In this document: piece by piece, positions 57,129-64,000 of the stretch
Numbering within the stretch: the stretch's first letter is position 1
Layout: every line of letters begins with the position of its first letter
DNA from: Strigamia acuminata
Lineage: Eukaryota
Assembly: GCA_949358305.1 (NCBI GenBank)
Contig: OX442314.1
Coordinates: forward strand, 5,952,001-6,016,000
Length of the DNA stretch: 64,000 nucleotides
Direction: 5' to 3'
Made by a program: the position numbers and the translations under genes
Notes under the pieces: generated by a model
Databases searched by the model: none
What the model saw: only the letters and a program-made list of their open reading frames with translations
Told to the model about the DNA's origin: nothing

Positions 57129-57310
57129 GTGACCGTTTGGCCAACCACTGTGATCCACGTCAGTCCACACACTGCTCTCTGGCTCCTGGTCACCCCTCTT
57201 GTGAGGTAGACTGACCCAGTGGGGAAGGAGGGAGCTGAGTGGTGTGGGGAAAGAGAGAGTGAGTCAGAGAGAGAGAATTTGGACATCACAGGGTGAGGAC
57301 GTGTGCTTGA
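57129..57310. repeat. Dispersed repeat homologous to 1395-1568
   Basis: See the 1395-1568 alignment. Confidence 0.5.
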
Positions 57311-58553
57311 GAAGTTCCTCAGCCAGCCTGGGCAGTGCAGTGCCTAAGTTGACTTTGCTCTTCTCCCATTCACCACTGTGACGCTTAGTAACAGGGAGAT
57401 GTCCCTGTTGCCCTGTTGCCATGAGCTGCTACATGGGCAGTTAGTGAAGTACCACAGCAGAATGTATTATGCCATGTATTATGGGACAGTTGTAGGAGTG
57501 GTGTGCCCTTTGGTACCAGCACAGGTGATGGGTACTCCGACCCCTAGACAACAGATTAAAGGCCAAAACCAACAATGAGATGTTTGTTAAAATTTGTCCT
57601 TTTCAGACAAACGTTTTCTAGAGACGATGATACAACTGTTACATCACCCGAAACTGACTGCTAAAATTCACTTAGGGGCAGATCTGCAGATGGGGTCGTG
57701 GGAAGTTCTCAGCCCATGGTCTCTTTGGCAAAAATGGGCCACGTCTTACACATCGATGCTAGCACCGATAAAAGGTACTCCGTATAAAATTCAGATATAC
57801 GGCAATAATGGAAGATCCAAACATTGGCAAGGTAATTCATACAATGTCATTTACCATGCAAAAAACATAGAGGGTGCTGTTGAGACAGCATCATATAATA
57901 TCAAGATATTGCATTGAGTAATGCAAGTAAGCGAACGTAGCAAATGCCGTGCATGGAAGTTTTTTATTTACAGGCTGCAATTGGAAGGTTTGGAAAGATT
58001 GCCATGTGTTTAGCAGACGCAGACTAACTAAGTATTAGCTCATAAGGTCTCGGAAATCCACTACCAGCCCCTCAACGATATTGGACAAATATTCAAAAGT
58101 GATGCAGTTATTGCTGTGTAAACACAAAGCAAAATGATGAATATAAAGGCAACTAATAAAAAGAAATTAAGTGACTAAGAATTACATTTCTAGAAAATTC
58201 TTATTTGTGTTATGACTATAACTTGACTTGACTACATCTCATAAGCAAACTTGAAATTATTGAATCAGATGGATCGAAGTGTTATGTGTGCATGCGCAAC
58301 CGTGCAGTCATGAGAACAAAAATGACAAAAAAAAGGATTTCTTTTAGGAATAAAATCAATTTCAATTGTTCCCTAAAAGGGCGGTCAAGATAGTCAAGTG
58401 GATATTTTTTATATTTTCTTTAAACGAATCGATCATTGTCATAAAAAGAGTTACCATGGTACGTAAGACATTACAGTAAACAGAATTGAAGAGACAAGTC
58501 TGAACTCAGCCTTGGTCTGGCCACAAATACGGAAACTACAGAAGTACCGTATA

Positions 58554-61500
58554 ATGCAGAACAATTACTTGATGGGAAGAAATATGCGAAGATTAAGAAA
58601 ACTACGTACAGAAATTCAACGCGTGATAAAAGATGACGCCAACAAACCAAACTGCAGTTTAATTGGTCTGGATGATTTCGTAAACAGTAGAAAACATTGG
58701 AGCAGACGTCATACACTTTGGTTCATTTTGCTCATATTTTGCACATGTATGCTCACTTATCAGACATACGATAGAGTAATGCATTACTTAAGTTATCCTA
58801 CGGCTGTTGACGTAACGACAAAATTAGAAGATATTGAGTTACCAAAGTTGATGATCTGCAGTGGCAACACAAAAGAAATGGCCAGGCTTTGGAATAAAAC
58901 TTATGTGAACATCAAGACTACAGGACCAATTAATTTTGGTTCAATCCCATTTGAATGTGTAAACATGGTCAAAAGTCTGATGGCAATTCCAAATTATGAT
59001 ATGGATGAACTTTGGAGAGCGACCAATTTGAGCAGAGAGATAGTCGGCATTAAAATGAAGGTAGAAAAAATAAGATTGATTTTTTAAATAATAAGTCTTA
59101 ATTTAATTTGTTCAGGGATTTTCAAACAAAACAACTGGCCTGACGGAAACTGACACTCCGTATGGAATATGCTCAACATTTCGATTTTGTAAGTGTAAAC
59201 AAAAAAAAAAGAATGCGCTTAAGACCCCACGGTAGAATAAGTTAAACTTCCTGAAACGTAAATTGTAATTTTTTAATCTGAATTTGTAGTTTTCAGTACT
59301 CTGAGACCAAAATAATTATATTTTTGGGCCCAAATCATTTTTTTTTTTACCAAAAATCATTCTGCTTTTGCCCAACACACAACAGCCAATTTGTGGTCCA
59401 AAAACTAATCACGTTAGTGATTACGAATGAAATGTCACACGATATCAAACGAGGTGTGTTATAAAAAACAATTAAAACGTTGAAAATGTTGCAACAAAGT
59501 ACGGAATTATCACTTTGCAACAATTACCATGTTTACATGTATCCAGTTATCTGGATAAGTAAAAATGCGAATTTTACTTTTCTGGAAAACTGATCATGTA
59601 AACAAATCAGTTTTCTAGAAAAGACAGACTTATCTGGAAAACTAAATTCCAGTTGTACGAGCTAGATTTTGGGCGTTTTGCGCATTGAAAACTGCATGTA
59701 AACACCCGTGCATGCGAAAATTCAAAAACTTGGATCGAGATATTGTCGGATCGTTATAGTAAAAATACGTTAGGCCTACGTGCCAACGACATTTGGTGCT
59801 GAAATCAATGTGAAATCAGCTAAAACCACCATTTTTGGGATCAGAATTTGCATATTAGACACTATTGCAAAGATTCGAGCAAAAACCTCTTTCCTAACCA
59901 CCATTTCATTTGCTTGGCTGAAATGGATCAACAGCCATTTTGTTGTTCCAGATAATCAAAGGGCAGTATGGGTAATTCTCGTAAGACGTCTCGTTTACCA
60001 GAAAACTAACGTCATGTAAACGCAAACGGTTATCCAGATAAATAAAATCCGAATATTCACTTATCTGGAAAACTGTGACCATGTAAACATGATAAATGTC
60101 ATCGGGATCCGTAATACGCGCAACATTCTTACGCGCAACAATACCAATCGCTTGTAAGAATGGTGTTGCACAGTGCAAATATTCGTACATGCGGCCGGGC
60201 GCGTACGAACCACGTAGGCATGCGTGTGCGTGATAAACGGACGTCCAAATCGGCCGAAAATGTCGGCGCCGACTCCAATTCGCTTCGCTCGCGATGTCGG
60301 CACTGACTTCCCACCCAATCGGCGTTACTGACCACTCCACACACACAGTCCACACACACAGTGCTTTTCGTGACATCTCGTGATGCGACACGTCTCCTGT
60401 GACATCTCGTTTGGATTCACCTGTGCTGAAAGAAGTTTGACTACAAAAACATAACCTTTTTGATAACACAAATATCTTTCATTGGTACAGCTAAAACTAC
60501 TAGCAAATCATTTGTCCGGAAATTATTGACAGCAAATATTGAAAAAACATATGATTACGTATGCCCATCAGCTCCGTATGTAGTACGTAGTACAGTACCC
60601 ATGTATAATGTACAGTATCAAAAAATGCAGTTTTTGTTATTTTTTTCTTTCTATTTTCGCTTAGGTTTCCATGTCATTTTACGATTTTGGAAGAAGCATT
60701 CCTGTAGAAACACCAAAACATGGGGCCACATTAAAAATAGATTTGAGTTTTAACAAAGTAAACTTTTCAATTGTCTGATAAAACTAGCAAGTAATATTTA
60801 TATTACTCATTACATTTTAGTTCATATTTTTGAATTCATCGAAGAGTTCATGCTCCAGTGAAAATGAATACAAAGAATGCTATCGTGAATGTTTGATGAA
60901 AAAATTTAAAGAACATTTGACATGCAGGTGAGAATGCGTGATGTAGACTGTAGAGTAACTAATACAATCAGGAAAATAAGAAAACATTTTCTTTGAAAGC
61001 TTTCCTTTTACAAAGACCGATTTACCACTATGTAAATGTTCGGATAAGACACACGAGCTATATGGTATTACGAATCGTTTAATTCAAACAACAGATCCAA
61101 TTGGTGATTGTCTCTGTCGACGTCCATGCGAACATTTAATATTTATAACATACACTGATGCAGAAATAGCAGATGATAAAAACATTATATCTGTGTCACT
61201 AGCGATAACTAATGATAAAATCAATGTGTATGAAGAACGGTTCACATACGATGTTATTGCTTTACTATCAGATCTAGGAGGCAATCTGGGCCTATTTCTC
61301 GGTCTATCTTTAACTTCGTTGCCTGAAATCGCATGGTATCTAGCAAACATTCGGAAAAAAAAATGGTTAATAAGATTCGCCGTGTTTATGACAAATTCAC
61401 AAAGAATATAATTGTGAGTCAACAAAGAAATGTAATTTCACTTGATCTTAAGACAATTCTGGTTATAATATGCACTGGATTCACTTTGTATTGCTTGAAA

Positions 61501-64000
61501 ATTCGTGTAAGCTACTACATTGAAGAACCAGTAACAAAAACTGTAAGAATAGTTCCACGACGCTTTACCCAATATCCGTCTGTCACAATCTGTGGTGAAA
61601 CACAAGATGATGAAATCGACAAAGCCAGATTGAATTTAATGAATCAAACTAACAAGACCTGCAATAACATATCACCGTGGCAATTGTTCAACGACGATTT
61701 ATCATTGGACGAAATCTGGGAAAAACTCAACATCCACGAAACAATAACACTTGCCGGTAAAAACAAAGTAACTGAAACGGTATGGTTCTAAATAAAACCA
61801 TGGGTAAAATCTTAGATTAAATTATTTGATATTTATAGTATTTTCTTGGATATAAAACAATGCTTAATGCATCAAAAAGCCTTATTCCACTTCCTTTCGG
61901 ACATTGTACACACTTCAATACAGGTATATACGTACATAAACACGGGTAAATTAAAGGCCCACATAATCCCGGCCAGACAATACAAGGAGGGTCTCTAAAG
62001 ATGTCTCAAAAAATTTACCATACAATAGCTTGAAGCGATCTTACCCTTTTATACAAAAAGATTTTTGAGACTCCCTCAGTGACTGTAAGCGTACATGTCA
62101 TTTCTCTTTATGTTATTTTCTGTTGTGTCACCTACACTCTTGTTCGACTCAAAAGTGTGGCCTTCTCCTATTGGCCGAGCCGCATCACTCCTAACTCCAG
62201 TCTGTATTACTACCACTAGGAGAAGTAGTTTTTATTTGTATTATGTTTTGTGATTGCTATTACCATTTAAGTTGATATAATTTTAATTGTATTTTATTAT
62301 AAAACGTTATTTCCATTTAGGAAATAAAGTGTTATGCACAAATAAATGTAAAACTCATGTTTGTTTTGTTTATTGGTTGCTTTGTCTGGAAAGCACAATA
62401 TTTTTAAATTTTGGCTGTTACCTAGGAAATCGATTGCAATGTCTGTACATTGTAATGCATTTCTCGTGTTTGGGTCTATATTTTTGGATCACTGCACCAG
62501 TGATACGGTTCGGCCAATGGGAGAAGGTCACCCTGTTGAGTCGAACAAGAAATTAGTTTCTAAGTTCCGTTTTTGAGAACGACGATTGAGCGCGCTGAAT
62601 GTAATTTTGCAAAAGGCTTGCACGATGTAAACTTACAATAGCCAAGAAGTAAAGTTAATTTTCAATTTTTAACTATTACAAACGTTTCATTGGAATCATT
62701 TACGATAAACAAGAAGACAACTCTTGCTTTACAGTGACCCTCATTGTATTGTCGGGCCGGTATTATGCGAGCCACCCGCTGTTATAGCACATTCACACTA
62801 AATGATTTCTACACTACATGGTGAAGGGTATGTGTTGTATCCATTTGGTATTATCCATTCAGCATTACTCAATTAATTAATTAATTAATCACCTATAATT
62901 AAAATTGCACTCTAGATCTAGCTGAAGCTTCTGAAAAATGACTGTGATCTTTCTAATGTTTTCCAGAAAAAACACACAACCTAATAGTTGACTTTACGTT
63001 TACATTTGAATTCCTACAACCCTCAGACGTATGCAACCATGATATGAAGGTAAGCTAAAATCATTAGACAGATAAATACCTTACCCTCAACAGATTAGAA
63101 TCCAAACGACTGGATTCCTGTAAATCAGGATTTAAATTGATCAGTAAAGGGGTTAGCAAGAATTCTGTAAACCAGGAATGTGCATTTTCCCATATGGGTT
63201 TGAAAAGGTTTGTAACTGGAAAACTGTACGTGCAGAATGCCAGAGTAGATTGTACCATTTATTCAGCCCAGAAACAATGACATTGATAAATTTTTATTTT
63301 GCACATACAATCGCAGACCAAATACCAGGTGGCCCAAATAAAATCAATTGGCCGGACAGTATGAAGAGGGTTAGTATTGTTGGGCGGATTTTATTTAGGC
63401 CACCTGCAACCGGTACAATAGGTGTACTCAAATGAATTGTGACTGATTTGTCTGAAATTACTTGTTACTTGTTACAAGAAGTGATCCAATATGCATCCAC
63501 ATAATTTTTAATTATCTTATATTATTCAGTTATTCCTAAATAATCCAGCAGAGGAAGTTAACATTCTGGAACCATTGGTGTTAATCTATGGATGGATAAA
63601 TATTGTTGTACTTCGAGAATTTATAGTAACAATTTAAACAATATTATTTACAAAAAATACGGTACATCCTGTTTATAATGAACTTGATTTTATAAAATAG
63701 TCTGTGCAAAGAAATACAAAGCGCAATCCATGTGAAGATAACAAAACTACATATTTGATGTGTAAAAATGCTTGCATACAAAACAATTTATTTAGAAGCA
63801 TTAACTGCAGGTATACTAGCCAATTGACACATTTTACTTTATTCACATCTCACAAGTCAGTGCTGATTTGGTGAATTGGCACGAATGTTTATATCTATCG
63901 AAACATCTATGTTCCCTTGTTTCACATTTATTTTTATTTATTGCCACATTTTATTGTCATCTATTTCTTAATTACTTGTTATAATGACTTCTTAGATTAC
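58554..64000 (+). CDS. DEG/ENaC two-subunit channel gene 2 (paralog of gene 1), running off the window, with one frameshift at the A9 run 61355-61363. Exons: 58554-59060, 59116-59188, 60491-60582, 60665-60757, 60821-60927, 61000-61779, 61839-61923, 62967-63049, 63530-63625, 63701-63810, 63996->
   Basis: Same motifs, intron phases and mostly identical exon lengths (73, 92, 93, 107, 85, 96, 110 nt) as gene 1. All introns are GT..AG. Confidence 0.85.
59527..60092. mobile_element. Probable MITE in intron 2 of gene 2
   Basis: Imperfect TIR CATGTTTACATG..CAGTT.TC..GATAAGT, repeated internal CATGTAAAC motifs, TA on both flanks. Confidence 0.45.
61956..62773. mobile_element. Degenerate MITE in intron 7 of gene 2 with an inner inverted-repeat pair (~62135-62190 and ~62499-62552)
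   Basis: GGCCCACATAATCCCGGCCAGACAATACAAGGAGGGTC versus reverse complement GGCTCGCATAATACCGGCCCGACAATACAATGAGGGTC. TSD not resolved. Confidence 0.55.
63325..63406. repeat. Short inverted repeat (tiny MITE remnant) in intron 8 of gene 2
   Basis: CAGGTGGCCCAAATAAAATC and GATTTTATTTAGGCCACCTG. Confidence 0.45.

Noticed and set aside
59906..60469. 187-aa minus-strand ORF inside intron 2 of gene 2
   Set aside because: No recognisable motif; it overlaps MITE-like and CA-rich sequence.

Overview
AT-rich animal (most likely invertebrate) genomic DNA with spliceosomal introns; I cannot identify the species from the sequence. Two paralogous DEG/ENaC-family channel genes flank the window (242-3907 and 58554->64000). 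Each encodes two complete channel subunits fused head-to-tail in one gene, and the five-intron pattern is repeated in both halves. The second gene has a single frameshift, in an A9 run exactly in the inter-subunit linker. A 51.8-kb nest of Ty3/Gypsy LTR elements separates the genes. The outer element A (4132-55884, TSD ACCA) is non-autonomous: it has no RT or integrase, only a disrupted Gag-N-terminus-like ORF. A has received element B (+, intact gag-pol plus a third, non-Env, Cys-rich ORF), its sister C (-, ORF3 with a nonsense codon), element D (-, gag/protease deletion), solo LTR E and two MITEs. A Tc3-like transposon sits inside one LTR of D. The four full-length LTR elements have near-identical LTR pairs and a tRNA-Gln PBS. 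All five LTR insertions have 4-bp TSDs and share a CTCF-like plus E2F/CHR-like motif in U3. All alignments and counts were done by eye.
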